Of a stretch of DNA of 64,000 nucleotides, positions 9,860 to 20,653 are shown one piece after another. Below the pieces are notes generated by a model. The model did not search any database, had not been told where the DNA came from, and saw only the letters and a list, made by a program, of their open reading frames with translations. Numbering within the stretch: the first letter of the stretch is position 1; every line of letters starts with the position of its first letter. Position numbers and translations under genes: made by a program. Source of the stretch: an uncultured Muribaculaceae bacterium (lineage in GTDB: Bacteria > Bacteroidota > Bacteroidia > Bacteroidales > Muribaculaceae); the NCBI GenBank assembly GCA_948960475.1, contig CARDOI010000004.1, positions 5,012-69,011 on the forward strand, in the 5' to 3' direction.

Positions 9860-11936
9860 CAACGAAACGCGCCCCGTCGGTGTAAGTGGTGTCAAGGACA
9901 ACAGTCCCCGCAAGCAGTTCGGCCAAGTGCCTTGCTATAGGCAATCCGATGCCCACCCCTTGAGACGAACGGTCAAGTTTCACGAAACGTTCAAAAATCC
10001 GCTCCGCATTATCCGCCGACACACCGATTCCAGTATCCGTCACAGATATAACGGCATTAGCATTTTCCTTATCCGTATCAAACGAAACAACTATACGGCC
10101 ATCTTTTGTAAACTTGGCGGCATTCGACAGCAACTGCAACAAAATCTGCAACAATCTGCGCGGGTCGGTATAGACAGTCACATCATTCAGACCTTCCGCA
10201 ATTTCCATCTGGACACCTGGGCTGACACGATGCTTAACGCTCTCAACCGCAGTTTCACATAGCTTAAGCAACGATTCTTTCTTCATCCTTATCAACACAG
10301 AATCGCTGTCAATCTCCGCCAGGTTAAGCACATCGTTTACAATTGAGGTCAACAACTCCGAATTAAGCAGCACAAGGTCGGCGAAATGTTTCAGATACGG
10401 TTTGAATCCGGCCTCCGAACAGTCTATAATCAAGTTGGTATATTCATTTATGGTGTGAAGCGGCACCGCCACCTCTCCGCTCATGTTCTTTATGAAATCC
10501 GATTTGATACGGTTGGCAAGACGGGCATCGTCACGAGCCTTGACAAGGTCGGCCTGCGCCTGACGCAGATTTGTGCTTTCAGCCATCAATGCTCCATTGG
10601 CATGAGCCAGGTTCCGCGCCAGCTTTCGGGAATGCATCCACAATCCGAACGTGACGGCCAGGAACAACAGCAGGATTACCGCAGCCACAATCGCCACTAC
10701 CATAATCGTGCGTTGCATCCTGACTGCCTCCTTGGCATGTTCGGTCTTCATCTGGTTCACATCATAGACGATCTGGAGTTCCTTATATTTTTCTTGTGTG
10801 CGCTCTTCAATGGTTTGCTCGAGAATTTCATTATAATTCCGCGACGCAGTCAGAAGCGCATCAATATCACCCACCTCCTCGGCGCTCTTTATCATCATCT
10901 TCAACAGCAATCTCCTGGCATGGGCATTATAAGGGTAGTCCACATAAGTCTTGAGCAATTCAAGGGCTTGGGCATAATCCTTCTTGAACATTGCATAATA
11001 TATCTGCGGACGCATGGATATGCGGTTGGAATTAGCCGCAAGGGAATCCCGATGCACCATCAGCATAGCATTCCTGTAGATTTTTTCAACTTCTGCGCGC
11101 TCCAATCGCGGATAATTCGACAGGAGACGCGTATATATCACGTAACGGTTCCCGTCATAAGTGCGGTACTTGCGTCCATAACCGTCAGTGCCTTTCTCAA
11201 GATTATCAATTGATTTCAAAAGAGCCTTGTCGCAATCAATGGACTTCTGATGCTCCCCATTCTCCCTGTAAGCCAAAGCGGCATGGACAAGATAGCTGTT
11301 GCGTATCGAATATGCCTCAGGGCGCAGTTTCGACACCAGGACGCCAAGCCTGTCAAGATACTTCGATAGGAGTTCGCCTTGCGAGGTCTCCCCTATATAC
11401 AGGCAGATGGCATGCAACGTCACTATCTTATCATAAATGTCACCGCGCTCGCCAAGGCTCACCTCCCGAAGCAATTGCCTTACCCGACGGCTCTTTTCAT
11501 CGGGCGTAGCATATCTGACTTTGTTAAGATTCTGCATCATGCGCACAAACGTGACAGTCTCTTCACGGTCATCCCCGAGGCTGAAACGCATTGCATTCTT
11601 CAGGTCAAGGGCAAGCAGGGAATCACTGCGGATGTGCAGGTTGGCGAGATTACGGATAATGTCAAGCCCCGTGCGGTCATCGCCAGAGACCAGAGCAGTA
11701 TGCAATATGACTCTACCGATTGAATCGGTCATTGCCTTGGGGCGCAAATCAATAATGTCAGTCAAAAGCCTTATGCTGTCAGCAGAAGTTTCCGCAATCT
11801 CCAAGCGCGCCGACAAGCTATCGGCAATATGGCTGTAACAGGCCGGTTGCCCAAAACCGGTAGAGGGCAATCCAAATATCCCCGACAACACCATCAATAT
11901 TTTAGCAAAAATCCTTTTCATGCTTTTTAACTGCAA
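9840..11936 (-). CDS. TPR-like sensor histidine kinase family protein with degenerate H-box
   Basis: Signal peptide, a large TPR-like N-terminal domain, one TM helix (IMVVAIVAAVILLLFLAVTFGLW) and a coiled coil. The HisKA-like segment reads SDFIKNMSGEVAVPL, with G where the phospho-accepting His is expected. The HATPase_c domain looks intact (LSNAAKFT, DTGIGV, GVGIGLPIA). No response regulator gene lies adjacent. Confidence 0.8.
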   Translation of the reverse strand: MQLKSMKRIFAKILMVLSGIFGLPSTGFGQPACYSHIADSLSARLEIAETSADSIRLLTDIIDLRPKAMTDSIGRVILHTALVSGDDRTGLDIIRNLANLHIRSDSLLALDLKNAMRFSLGDDREETVTFVRMMQNLNKVRYATPDEKSRRVRQLLREVSLGERGDIYDKIVTLHAICLYIGETSQGELLSKYLDRLGVLVSKLRPEAYSIRNSYLVHAALAYRENGEHQKSIDCDKALLKSIDNLEKGTDGYGRKYRTYDGNRYVIYTRLLSNYPRLERAEVEKIYRNAMLMVHRDSLAANSNRISMRPQIYYAMFKKDYAQALELLKTYVDYPYNAHARRLLLKMMIKSAEEVGDIDALLTASRNYNEILEQTIEERTQEKYKELQIVYDVNQMKTEHAKEAVRMQRTIMVVAIVAAVILLLFLAVTFGLWMHSRKLARNLAHANGALMAESTNLRQAQADLVKARDDARLANRIKSDFIKNMSGEVAVPLHTINEYTNLIIDCSEAGFKPYLKHFADLVLLNSELLTSIVNDVLNLAEIDSDSVLIRMKKESLLKLCETAVESVKHRVSPGVQMEIAEGLNDVTVYTDPRRLLQILLQLLSNAAKFTKDGRIVVSFDTDKENANAVISVTDTGIGVSADNAERIFERFVKLDRSSQGVGIGLPIARHLAELLAGTVVLDTTYTDGARFVVTVPLG

Positions 11937-12167
11937 CTTTTATGGCACATGCAGACACAACAAAGCGGCACCCCATTAACGAAAGACCGACAAACTAATC
12001 ATATAACCGCCGGCAGCATTGTGACCATTGCAATACTACAAATGTAGTGACAATAATTTTTAATCACAAATTAAATTCAAGTTTGCAACACCTTATACTC
12101 AAAATGTAACCACGAAAATGTACATTAAAAAGAATGAGAGGCACTTGCATTTTCACGCAAAAACAGC

Positions 12168-12175
12168 TAACTTTG
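12168..12175 (+). promoter_or_regulatory. Candidate Bacteroides-type -7 box (TAACTTTG) upstream of rplY
   Basis: Exact TAnnTTTG match, with cTTG about 20 nt upstream. A second exact match (TAATTTTG) lies at 12235..12242, closer to the ATG. Confidence 0.3.
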
Positions 12176-12267
12176 CAGTCGCTTTCGGGCATAGCCCTTT
12201 GGCACACCCAGTGTGATGGGAAATTAATATCACTTAATTTTGAGTAACACAACTAATTAACAGAACA

Positions 12268-12927
12268 ATGAAAACTTTTAAACTTGTAGCCGAGCCCCGT
12301 GTGGATCTTGGCAAAAAAGCAGCCAAGGCACTCCGTGCCGAAGGCAAAATCCCTGTGGTTCTCAATGGCGGCGAACCGTTTGAACTCCCCTTTAAAGGCA
12401 CTCTCAAACCCGGTGAAAAAATCGTTGAAATCGAGAACGGCCGTGGAATCCTGACCACCGACCTCACCGTGACCAACGAAGCGGTACGCAAGCTTATCTA
12501 TACCCCCGACATTTTTGCCATCGAACTCGAATACAACGGCGGCAAGAAAACCGCCGTTCTCCGCGAAGTTCAGTTCCACCCGGTAAAGGATAACATCCTT
12601 CACATGGATTTGCTCGAGGTTTTCGACAACAAGCCTGTTGTAATGTCGGTACCCGTGAAAATCGAAGGTCATGCAGAAGGTGTGAAAGCCGGTGGTAAGC
12701 TCACCCTCTCCATGAAGAAGATTAAAGTCAAGGCTCTTTACACCGAAATTCCCGAACGTCTGACCATCAACGTTGACAACCTCGGCCTCGGTAAGACACT
12801 TCAGATTGGCGAACTCCACTTCGAAGGCCTTGAAATGGTATCGCCCAAGGAAGCTGTTGTATGCGCCGTTCAGCTCACACGCGCCGCACGTGGTGCTGCC
12901 GCTGCCGCTGCTGCCGCCGGCAAGTAA
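12268..12927 (+). CDS. rplY: 50S ribosomal protein L25 / general stress protein Ctc
   Basis: MKTFKLVAEPRVDLGKKAAKALRAEGKIPVVLNGG... is the long Ctc form. It has a poly-Ala C-terminal tail. Confidence 0.9.
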   Translation: MKTFKLVAEPRVDLGKKAAKALRAEGKIPVVLNGGEPFELPFKGTLKPGEKIVEIENGRGILTTDLTVTNEAVRKLIYTPDIFAIELEYNGGKKTAVLREVQFHPVKDNILHMDLLEVFDNKPVVMSVPVKIEGHAEGVKAGGKLTLSMKKIKVKALYTEIPERLTINVDNLGLGKTLQIGELHFEGLEMVSPKEAVVCAVQLTRAARGAAAAAAAAGK

Positions 12928-12977
12928 AGAACCGCTGACGGCGTGAAGCAACCTTCACAACCAAAACCTATCAACCT

Positions 12978-13541
12978 ATGAAATATCTTATAGTGGGTCT
13001 CGGAAACATCGGACAAGAGTATCAGGGAACCCGCCATAACATAGGATTCAGAATATTGGATGCCTTTGCAGAGGCATCCAATATTTCTTTTTCAACCGAC
13101 CGTTATGGCGATGTAGGCCGTGGGCGCCTGAAAAACAAACAAGTGGTGCTGCTTAAGCCCTCCACCTATATGAATCTAAGCGGCAACGCCGTGCGCTATT
13201 GGAAAAACAAGGAAAATATCGAGCTTGACAACATTCTCGTTCTTGTCGACGACCTCGCAATCCCTTTCGGCGCAATACGCCTCAAGGGACGCGGAAGCGA
13301 CGCGGGACACAACGGACTGAAAAACATCGCAGAGATGCTCGGCACGGATGCCTATCCGCGGCTGCGGTTCGGAATAGGGAACGATTTTCCACGCGGATGT
13401 CAGATAGATTATGTGCTCGGACAATTCACCCTTGACGAACGGCAGAAACTCCCGTTGCGAATAGACGTTGCCTGTGACGCCATCCGCACCTTCGTTCTTG
13501 CCGGTTTACAGACGGCCATGTGCGATTTCAACAACAAATAA
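12978..13541 (+). CDS. pth: Aminoacyl-tRNA (peptidyl-tRNA) hydrolase
   Basis: [24 protein letters not shown]...PSTYMNLSG...GHNGLKNI, canonical Pth. Confidence 0.95.
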   Translation: MKYLIVGLGNIGQEYQGTRHNIGFRILDAFAEASNISFSTDRYGDVGRGRLKNKQVVLLKPSTYMNLSGNAVRYWKNKENIELDNILVLVDDLAIPFGAIRLKGRGSDAGHNGLKNIAEMLGTDAYPRLRFGIGNDFPRGCQIDYVLGQFTLDERQKLPLRIDVACDAIRTFVLAGLQTAMCDFNNK

Positions 13542-13562
13542 GATTGTCCAAATTAGCCCCAA

Positions 13563-14012
13563 ATGAAAACGGAAGTCAGAATAGACAAATGGCTATGGGC
13601 CATGCGCATTTTCAAAACCCGCACAGTGGCCACCGACAGCTGCAAGAAAGGGCGCGTAAGCCTACGCACATCATCGGGAGAAGTCACTGCAAAGCCATCC
13701 AGAATGATTAAAGTTGACGATGTGGTGTGTGTACGAAAGCCCCCCATCTCTTATTCATTCCGTGTCAAAGCTCTAACCGAGAATCGGCTCGGAGCCAAAC
13801 TTGTTCCTGAATACATGGAAAACATCACTCCAAAGGAGCAATACGACATGCTCGATGTAATCAGAATAAGCGGATTCATAGACCGGCGCAAGGGGTTGGG
13901 ACGCCCCACAAAACGAGAAAGCCGGGACCTCGCCAAATTCACCGACGGCATATACAGCGAATCAGACCTGGATTTCGGATTCGATTTCGACGAGGACGAT
14001 TTCGAAGATTAG
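13563..14012 (+). CDS. S4-domain RNA-binding protein (Hsp15-like)
   Basis: RIDKWLWAMRIFKTRTVATDSCKKGRVSL is an S4 motif. The acidic C-terminal tail and the position downstream of pth are typical. Confidence 0.8.
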   Translation: MKTEVRIDKWLWAMRIFKTRTVATDSCKKGRVSLRTSSGEVTAKPSRMIKVDDVVCVRKPPISYSFRVKALTENRLGAKLVPEYMENITPKEQYDMLDVIRISGFIDRRKGLGRPTKRESRDLAKFTDGIYSESDLDFGFDFDEDDFED

Positions 14013-14022
14013 GCAGGCACGG

Positions 14023-14631
14023 TCATTTGCCAATCATGGCCAAGAACTCTTGCCTCAAAGCATGGTTGCTTTCAAAATCACCGAGATAATCAATTGTGTC
14101 GGTCGATGACATCTGTTTCTCGACACCGCGCATCTGAATGCACATGTGCCTGGCACTGCAAAACGCAATCACCCCTTTTACCGACAACGTTTCAGCCACT
14201 TCCCTGCACACCTCCGCAGTAAGGCGTTCCTGAACCTGCAATTTACGGGCGACGGCATTGACGAGCCGTGGCAGCTTGCTCAGTCCAACCATAGCTCCGT
14301 CAGGAATATACCCAATGCTTATCGTACCAAAGAACGGAAGGATGTGATGTTCGCAAAAAGAATAGAACTCAATGTCTTTAACGACAATCATCCGTGAACC
14401 GGCATACCCGAAGATAGCCTGCCTCAAAATCTCCTTAGGACTCTGACGGTAGCCCTGTGTGGCAAACCACATTGCCTTGGCTGCACGCATGGGAGTCTTG
14501 AGCAACCCCTCACGCGAAGGATCCTCCCCTATCAGCTTTATTATCTCACGATAATGACCGGCAATCGCGTTAATCCGTTCAGCGTCGGAAGCGGTTGCAT
14601 CTATATCGAAATCAAAGTTATCACAACTCAT
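14023..14631 (-). CDS. folE: GTP cyclohydrolase I
   Basis: EDPSREGLLKTPMRAAKA...FYSFCEHHILPF...QVQERLT, canonical FolE. Confidence 0.93.
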   Translation of the reverse strand: MSCDNFDFDIDATASDAERINAIAGHYREIIKLIGEDPSREGLLKTPMRAAKAMWFATQGYRQSPKEILRQAIFGYAGSRMIVVKDIEFYSFCEHHILPFFGTISIGYIPDGAMVGLSKLPRLVNAVARKLQVQERLTAEVCREVAETLSVKGVIAFCSARHMCIQMRGVEKQMSSTDTIDYLGDFESNHALRQEFLAMIGK

Positions 14632-14672
14632 TCTTGCATTATCTTTTATCAGGAAAACAAGCGGCCAACCAT

Positions 14673-15242
14673 TCAGTGCGGTGAATTTATTCTGTCACGG
14701 ACAACCCTGACTTCCCTCGCATAACGCGGGAATGCCTTGCGGATTTCAGCAGCAGCCTTCTCCGCATCATATTGAGATCGGAAGTCTCCAACCCGTAAAC
14801 GCCAATAAGGGGAAGCATAGGTCACATATGTGTCATATGCCGGAAACGCCTGTCCCAACGCCCGTTCCCGCTGCCGGGCTTCAGCCTTGGCACTGCGCAC
14901 ATTATTATCAGCATAAATCTGCACCCGGTAACCTACGGTTTTCCCCGATTTTGTACGGACGGCTCTTGCCTGTTCCTCCTCATCCACGGCATCATCGGTT
15001 TCAAAATCGGCACTATCCGGTTCTGCCTGCCGGGAGGCTCGCAACAATAGTTCCTCGGGGGCGATAACCATCACACCCGATTCAGGCGACTGCAATCGCC
15101 CGACTATTCCGTTTGTGCCACCAGATGATGCAGACACACACATGGAACTATCGGCAGCGGTATATACCTGCGCCTCTGTCGGTGCAGCTACAGCAGCCAA
15201 CATTAATATAATTCCTGACAGATGCCGTATTGACGTGTTCAT
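14673..15242 (-). CDS. SPOR domain-containing protein
   Basis: ORF 14673..15290. The internal ATG at 15242 gives a signal peptide MNTSIRHLSGIILMLAAVAAPTEAQ. The C-terminal region YRVQIYADNN...YWRLRVGDFRSQYDAEKAAAEIRKAFP is a SPOR repeat. Confidence 0.75.
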   Translation of the reverse strand: MNTSIRHLSGIILMLAAVAAPTEAQVYTAADSSMCVSASSGGTNGIVGRLQSPESGVMVIAPEELLLRASRQAEPDSADFETDDAVDEEEQARAVRTKSGKTVGYRVQIYADNNVRSAKAEARQRERALGQAFPAYDTYVTYASPYWRLRVGDFRSQYDAEKAAAEIRKAFPRYAREVRVVRDRINSPH

Positions 15243-15334
15243 AAGATGCAAGGGTAAAAGGCCGCAAAGCCCGGAAGGATTAACCCTCATGGGGATTCGC
15301 GGCCTCTAATCTGTAAAAATAAATCGCGGTGTTA

Positions 15335-16090
15335 TCAGAATGCGGTAACAATGCCCATGAACGAAGCTGCGTCAAGAGCCGCACCACCGATAAGACCACC
15401 GTCAACATTGGGTTTTGCAAACAACTCGGCAGCATTGGAAGGCTTGCAACTTCCACCATAGAGGATAGAGGTGTTGTCAGCCACTTCATTGCCATACTTG
15501 TCGGCAATCACCTTGCGGATATGGGCATGCATGTCTTCAGCCTGCTCGGCGGTAGCTGTCTTGCCGGTGCCTATAGCCCATACGGGTTCGTATGCAAGAA
15601 CGAGTTTGCCAAAGTCTTCGGCTGAAAGCTCAAAGAGAGCCTCCTGAATCTGCTTGGTAACGACATCGAAGAATGTTCCATCCTCGCGCTGCTCAAGCAC
15701 TTCGCCGATGCAGAAAATGGGGGTAAGGTTTTCAGCAAGAGCCAGATTCACTTTTTCTTTCAGAATTTCAGAGGTCTCACCGTAGTACTGGCGGCGCTCG
15801 GAGTGGCCAAGGATTACATATTTCGCGCCGGTTGAAGCAACCATAGGAGCGGAAACCTCGCCGGTATAAGCGCCCTTAACGTGGTCAGCACAGTTTTCTG
15901 CACCGAGGCCAAGCTTCGATGAATCAATAGCGGCAGCTACAGAAGCAAGATGCGTGAAAGGGACACAGATAACCACATCACACTTAGGAGCCACTCCTTT
16001 GAGTGCCTCGTTGACATCTTTTGCCAAACCCACACCTTCAGCGAGGGTTGTGTTCATCTTCCAGTTGCCTGCTACAATATTCTTTCTCAT
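15335..16090 (-). CDS. tpiA: Triose-phosphate isomerase
   Basis: ORF 15335..16225. The true start is at 16090, giving [21 protein letters not shown] and [11 protein letters not shown] motifs are present. Confidence 0.95.
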   Translation of the reverse strand: MRKNIVAGNWKMNTTLAEGVGLAKDVNEALKGVAPKCDVVICVPFTHLASVAAAIDSSKLGLGAENCADHVKGAYTGEVSAPMVASTGAKYVILGHSERRQYYGETSEILKEKVNLALAENLTPIFCIGEVLEQREDGTFFDVVTKQIQEALFELSAEDFGKLVLAYEPVWAIGTGKTATAEQAEDMHAHIRKVIADKYGNEVADNTSILYGGSCKPSNAAELFAKPNVDGGLIGGAALDAASFMGIVTAF

Positions 16091-16227
16091 TTTTGTATGT
16101 AAGTTATAAAGTAATAATTCACTATAATCATGACAGGGGGGCATCGCAACCCATCCCGGGTTCTTCAAAAGGCTTAAAGCCAAATCAGCCGGCAAGCAAA
16201 AGCCGCCAGATGAAACCCGTGACAAAA

Positions 16228-17508
16228 TTACGAATTTTTCGCCTCTTTTCGGCGATACCGGCGCCTAATTTTTGCCCTTATGGCAAGAATTATCCCTTGG
16301 AAAAGATACAGCAACAGCAACGCCCCCCCGAAAATCACATTGATAGCCGTAAACCACCGTTTTCCATGGCCGGTCAGTTCCAATATAAAAGCATCGGACG
16401 ATTCTGGCGACTCTATGACATCAGAGTTCATAGAGCTAAGGGTGGTCTTCGATTCCACTTTTCCGTCGTTCAGAATCACAAGCGATACATTTCCGCGTGA
16501 AAGCTCCTTAAGCTGCGTATCGTCCACAGAATAACACGGATAATCAGCCATGGCATTATCCTTCCATCGCAACACACCGTCAGCATCAGTTCCAAGCAAA
16601 GCGGCAAACGGGATTCCTATGCTGTCGGCATACTCATATACCTCATTTACTACATAAGAGAATGTGACGCCGGCACGCCGTGGCTCCGGTACCACCAGCA
16701 GCAGCTGCATCCCTTCGCCATCTACCACCTCCGATGTCACGTCATTGCCATCCTCATCGAACATAGCGAAGTCTCCACCTTTCTCCTCGTAATTGTCACC
16801 GCCCGACAGCGGCACACGGTCAACGAATATCCAGGTGGAATCAGGCAACGCTTCAAGCGGGAATTCCTTGCGCACCCCATCTTTTTCATACAGCAACGTA
16901 AAGTTGTCATCCTCCTCATTGGCTTCCGCCACCAACGGAGCGCCAACAGGAAATGCCCTGAAGTCGAGCATAGGCTGCGCATTATAACCATACAGCCCCA
17001 CAATGATGGCATACAATGAAATCCACGCCCCAACCATCCACTGTATGGCTGGATTGAACAGCGATTCCTTCAAACCGGCATTCCACTTAAGCAACACCCC
17101 GAGTGCAACCGTAATGGCAACATTCTTCCAGAATGTCGCCGCATTGGATATTTTCCAAAAATCCCCGAAACACCCGCAATCACTCACGGGGTCAGCTACC
17201 CAAAGATAAGCTGTCAGAGGCAACATCACCGCCATGGTCAGCATCAGCCCCCATGGAGCCACACGCTTGTAGCATCCCATCGCCAAAAGCGTGCCCAGCA
17301 CAAACTCGTAACCCGACACGAACATGGCCACCATGAAAACAATGGTGCGTGGCTGCACCAACTGCCACACGGCAAGATATTCCTCTATCTTGAATACGAA
17401 CCCCCAAAGGTCAACCATCTTGACCAGCCCGGACATAATGAACACAGCGCCAACGCAGAGGCGCAACATCCACACGGAAATGCGTTTCCACATTGGGGTC
17501 TCCATCAA
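16228..17508 (-). CDS. DoxX/MauE-like membrane protein with C-terminal soluble domain (BT_3928-like)
   Basis: N-terminal multi-TM region ([18 protein letters not shown]..), a CGCFG motif and a final TM helix. It sits in the conserved tpiA - DoxX - DUF1599 order seen in Bacteroidales. Confidence 0.65.
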   Translation of the reverse strand: MMETPMWKRISVWMLRLCVGAVFIMSGLVKMVDLWGFVFKIEEYLAVWQLVQPRTIVFMVAMFVSGYEFVLGTLLAMGCYKRVAPWGLMLTMAVMLPLTAYLWVADPVSDCGCFGDFWKISNAATFWKNVAITVALGVLLKWNAGLKESLFNPAIQWMVGAWISLYAIIVGLYGYNAQPMLDFRAFPVGAPLVAEANEEDDNFTLLYEKDGVRKEFPLEALPDSTWIFVDRVPLSGGDNYEEKGGDFAMFDEDGNDVTSEVVDGEGMQLLLVVPEPRRAGVTFSYVVNEVYEYADSIGIPFAALLGTDADGVLRWKDNAMADYPCYSVDDTQLKELSRGNVSLVILNDGKVESKTTLSSMNSDVIESPESSDAFILELTGHGKRWFTAINVIFGGALLLLYLFQGIILAIRAKIRRRYRRKEAKNS

Positions 17509-18050
17509 TGCGTGAGCTTTATTATGCCGAACACAGCATAGTTAATCATATCCTGGTAATTGGCGTCAACCCCCTCCGACACCGACACTTCTCCTCCATG
17601 GTCCTCTATCTCTTTCGTCCGCATCAGCTTCATCAGGATAAGGTCGGTGTAGGAGCTTACCCGCATCTTGCGCCATGCTTCATCATAATCATGGTTCTTG
17701 CGCAGCATCAGTTGCATTGTCGCAGACATATGTTTGTCATACAGTGCCAAAGCCTCATCCGCCGATATATCCTTGCGTGCTGCGAACCCCCTTTCCAACT
17801 GAATAAGCGCAATGACACCATAATTCACAATGGCGATGAAACCGTCAAGGATGCTTTCATCGTCCACCTTGGCCTCCCCCTTGGTTTCCAACGAACGTAT
17901 GCGGTCGGCCTTTATCAGAATCTGATCCGTAACCGACTGCGGGCGCATAATGCGCCACGATGCACCATAGTCATGCAATTTTGCTTCATACACGGCACGA
18001 CAACGTGATATCGCCTCCTCAAATTCCCTTATTGTATTATTTTCGCTCAT
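17505..18050 (-). CDS. DUF1599 domain-containing protein
   Basis: Two repeats of the K..DYG.SWR / NHDYDEAWRKMR type, typical of DUF1599. There is a 4-nt overlap with the downstream gene. Confidence 0.7.
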   Translation of the reverse strand: MSENNTIREFEEAISRCRAVYEAKLHDYGASWRIMRPQSVTDQILIKADRIRSLETKGEAKVDDESILDGFIAIVNYGVIALIQLERGFAARKDISADEALALYDKHMSATMQLMLRKNHDYDEAWRKMRVSSYTDLILMKLMRTKEIEDHGGEVSVSEGVDANYQDMINYAVFGIIKLTH

Positions 18051-18179
18051 GACAAGTTCTTATCTCAAAATTCAATTGGGGTACAAAACATCCCTTTGAT
18101 CCAACACAAAGGGCGGCCACACTTCCCGCCACCTCCACATACGTGCAAAATTAACAATCGCAGCCATAATAAACAAGCA

Positions 18180-18208
18180 GGGGCGGCAAACAAATTGTTT
18201 GCCGCCCC
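18180..18208 (-). terminator. Rho-independent terminator hairpin downstream of tRNA-His
   Basis: Perfect 13-bp stem ggggcggcaaaca / tgtttgccgcccc with a 3-nt loop, starting 8 nt 3' of the tRNA on the minus strand. Confidence 0.6.
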
Positions 18209-18215
18209 TTAACCT

Positions 18216-18293
<78 letters not shown>

Positions 18294-18617
18294 ATCTGAT
18301 GCCTAAAATCCAAAACAACCATTGCCGTTCCCGATTTTGACGCTGCAAAGTTACAACACTTTTTTCAATCCCGCAATAGCTCCAGCACATTTCGCACCAA
18401 TTTTTCCACCATATTTCACAATTTCCTTACTTTACCTCCAATTTACTTTTTTTAACCATTACTAATTAAAAAATATTTGTCTTTTTCGCTTTTTTACATT
18501 TAATTTGCGAAACAAGAACACACATTCCTCTTGATTGTGATTGCATACACTATGCCCCACATTGCATAATACAACATATTTCCAAACCAATACAATAATC
18601 CACCCAAAAGTATAGCT

Positions 18618-19970
18618 ATGAAAAATTTATTGTACTTCTTAACGACAATAATAGCATTAACATTATTGGCTTGCAATGATGAAGAGACTAACCTGCTAAA
18701 AGAAAATCCAGATTTCTCAACGACATCAGACTACGCCCCCAACGAATTGCGTTCCACAAAGGAGGCTTTAAAGATAGCAACAAATGCATTAAGCATGGTT
18801 TCAGATGTACCTCTGCCTCCAACCAAGAGTCGAAGCGCAAACCACAGACGAATCGACACGACATCCCCGATCAAAATAGTCACAACTACTGGGAATGGCA
18901 AAGCCCGCTCAGGAAAATCAGACACATTGATGTATGTTGTGAATTATGCCGACTCTATGGGGTATGCTATTGTATCGGCATTGAGAAATACCCAAGAATT
19001 ACTTGCCGTGACAATTGCCGGCACCTATAATCCCGACGAGCCAAACAACAATCCCGGATTTAACATGTGGGTAGACAACATCACCCAATATCTCGCCCAG
19101 CAATCGTCAACATCACATTATTCCATTGATATCGGTAACACTGGCACTCTAACCCCAATACCAATGCCTGACGACAGCATTGCAGTCGATACCATTTGGT
19201 ATAATAATGTACCAACCCGAATCAAAGTGTATTGGGGACAACAATATCCAGAAGGCAATGAATGTCCTAACGGCAAAGCTGGCTGCTCAAATACCGCAGT
19301 CGCCATGATGATGTCATATTTCAGACATCCGCAACAATTAGCTTTGACCTACGAAAATGGGAATCCTATCGATTTGAATTGGGATGCATTGTCTCAACAT
19401 AATTCAATTAACACATACTCTTCTGGAGGAAAACACCACAACGATAATTGCTGGTACAATTCATACCCCATTCACACCCGGTTAGCGCAACTATGCCGCG
19501 AATTGGGACACAGATCTAATAGTAGATATTTAGAAAACGGTGACACTCCCACCAATACGCAAAACACCATGAATACACTTAAAAATTTGGGATACACCAA
19601 TATTCAGGATGTTGAATATAAATTTGGTGAAATTGACAATCATCTTAGCAAAAATTCCATTCTCCTAATGTACGGTACTGATAGCAACAGCGGTAGAGCA
19701 CATATGTGGATTTGCGATGGCATAAAAAGATATGCCTGCAAACTTCGGTTATACCAAACCGACAATAGTATAATTTTATTGGGCGGGAAGCATCCCTGGA
19801 AATTTATTCGCGAATGGCAAACTGAAGGCCAAGCGTTCTATTTCTTCAATTGGGGCTGGGGGTCACCGAATGATTGCGGATGGTTTTCTGCCATATCCGA
19901 TTTTAAAGTCAAGAATCACAACTTCAACAAAGATCTTCATTTTATTAGAGTGTCAAATCCTAAAATCTGA
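18618..19970 (+). CDS. C10 family cysteine peptidase (streptopain/SpeB-like), lipoprotein
   Basis: Lipobox LTLLAC, catalytic Cys context GKAGCSNTAVAMMMSYF, catalytic His context GRAHMWICDG, and a C10-typical FFNWGWGSPNDCGWF. Confidence 0.8.
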   Translation: MKNLLYFLTTIIALTLLACNDEETNLLKENPDFSTTSDYAPNELRSTKEALKIATNALSMVSDVPLPPTKSRSANHRRIDTTSPIKIVTTTGNGKARSGKSDTLMYVVNYADSMGYAIVSALRNTQELLAVTIAGTYNPDEPNNNPGFNMWVDNITQYLAQQSSTSHYSIDIGNTGTLTPIPMPDDSIAVDTIWYNNVPTRIKVYWGQQYPEGNECPNGKAGCSNTAVAMMMSYFRHPQQLALTYENGNPIDLNWDALSQHNSINTYSSGGKHHNDNCWYNSYPIHTRLAQLCRELGHRSNSRYLENGDTPTNTQNTMNTLKNLGYTNIQDVEYKFGEIDNHLSKNSILLMYGTDSNSGRAHMWICDGIKRYACKLRLYQTDNSIILLGGKHPWKFIREWQTEGQAFYFFNWGWGSPNDCGWFSAISDFKVKNHNFNKDLHFIRVSNPKI

Positions 19971-19978
19971 AAAGCAAT

Positions 19979-20575
19979 ATGAGCATATCCAGAAACTGGC
20001 TGAAGGCCGTATCAATCGCAATGATCTGCAGTATCACATACGTTTCGTGCGACAACAACGAAAATGAAGATATGGTTTTTGGGGACTTCAACCCTCTGAA
20101 CATCGACATAATGATTGTGGATGAGGAGGGGACAAACCTCTTGGATCCAACCGTGGAAGGCAATTGGATGGACCAACCATTCCAAATGACATACCTCAAA
20201 GATACCTACGAGACATCATGGATAGGGGATCCAATCCTCAACATCCCTCCGCCCAGCCGATTATACGTGGCATACTTCCACGGATTGCGATGCGAGCAAA
20301 TATCTGTGTTTGAAAATAATAATCGGGTATACTATGAAAACAAATACAAACTTGTTTTCGGGGAATTTCAAGGAGATGAACACCAGGACTTGTCTATGAC
20401 TTTCCATGTGCCGTATATTGAAACCACCTACAACATAAAGGTAGAATATCGCTTCTACCTGGAAAATTATTATGACGCATACCATACCACCCGGATATGG
20501 ATAGACGGTAAAGAAGTGGATAGCCGACCCATAAAAATTGTGCTTCCACGCAGACAAACGCAGCCGACCCAATAA
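19979..20575 (+). CDS. Hypothetical lipoprotein co-transcribed with the C10 peptidase
   Basis: It starts 9 nt after the peptidase stop. Lipobox ITYVSCDNN. 198 aa, no recognisable family. Confidence 0.6.
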   Translation: MSISRNWLKAVSIAMICSITYVSCDNNENEDMVFGDFNPLNIDIMIVDEEGTNLLDPTVEGNWMDQPFQMTYLKDTYETSWIGDPILNIPPPSRLYVAYFHGLRCEQISVFENNNRVYYENKYKLVFGEFQGDEHQDLSMTFHVPYIETTYNIKVEYRFYLENYYDAYHTTRIWIDGKEVDSRPIKIVLPRRQTQPTQ

Positions 20576-20597
20576 CCTGGCCGATAAAAAACAATTA

Positions 20598-20632
20598 GGG
20601 GAGTGCCAAAAACTTCAATGTTTGGCACCCCC
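20598..20632. terminator. Bidirectional hairpin between convergent lipoprotein gene and htpG
   Basis: ggggaGTGCCAAA-aacttcaatg-TTTGGCACcccc: an 8-bp core stem extended by a G/C clamp with one bulge. Confidence 0.5.
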
Positions 20633-20653
20633 CATTCCGCAAAATCAAAAATT

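Noticed and set aside
15335-16225. N-terminal extensions in the ORF track for tpiA, gyrA (25765), the Clp ATPase (25469), panC (8608), the FtsX permease (49095), rsfS, the DUF3696 ATPase (31104) and the 35478..36755 lipoprotein.
   Set aside because: In each case an internal ATG restores the canonical family N-terminus or signal peptide, or removes an overlap with the upstream gene. The extended parts are not family-like.
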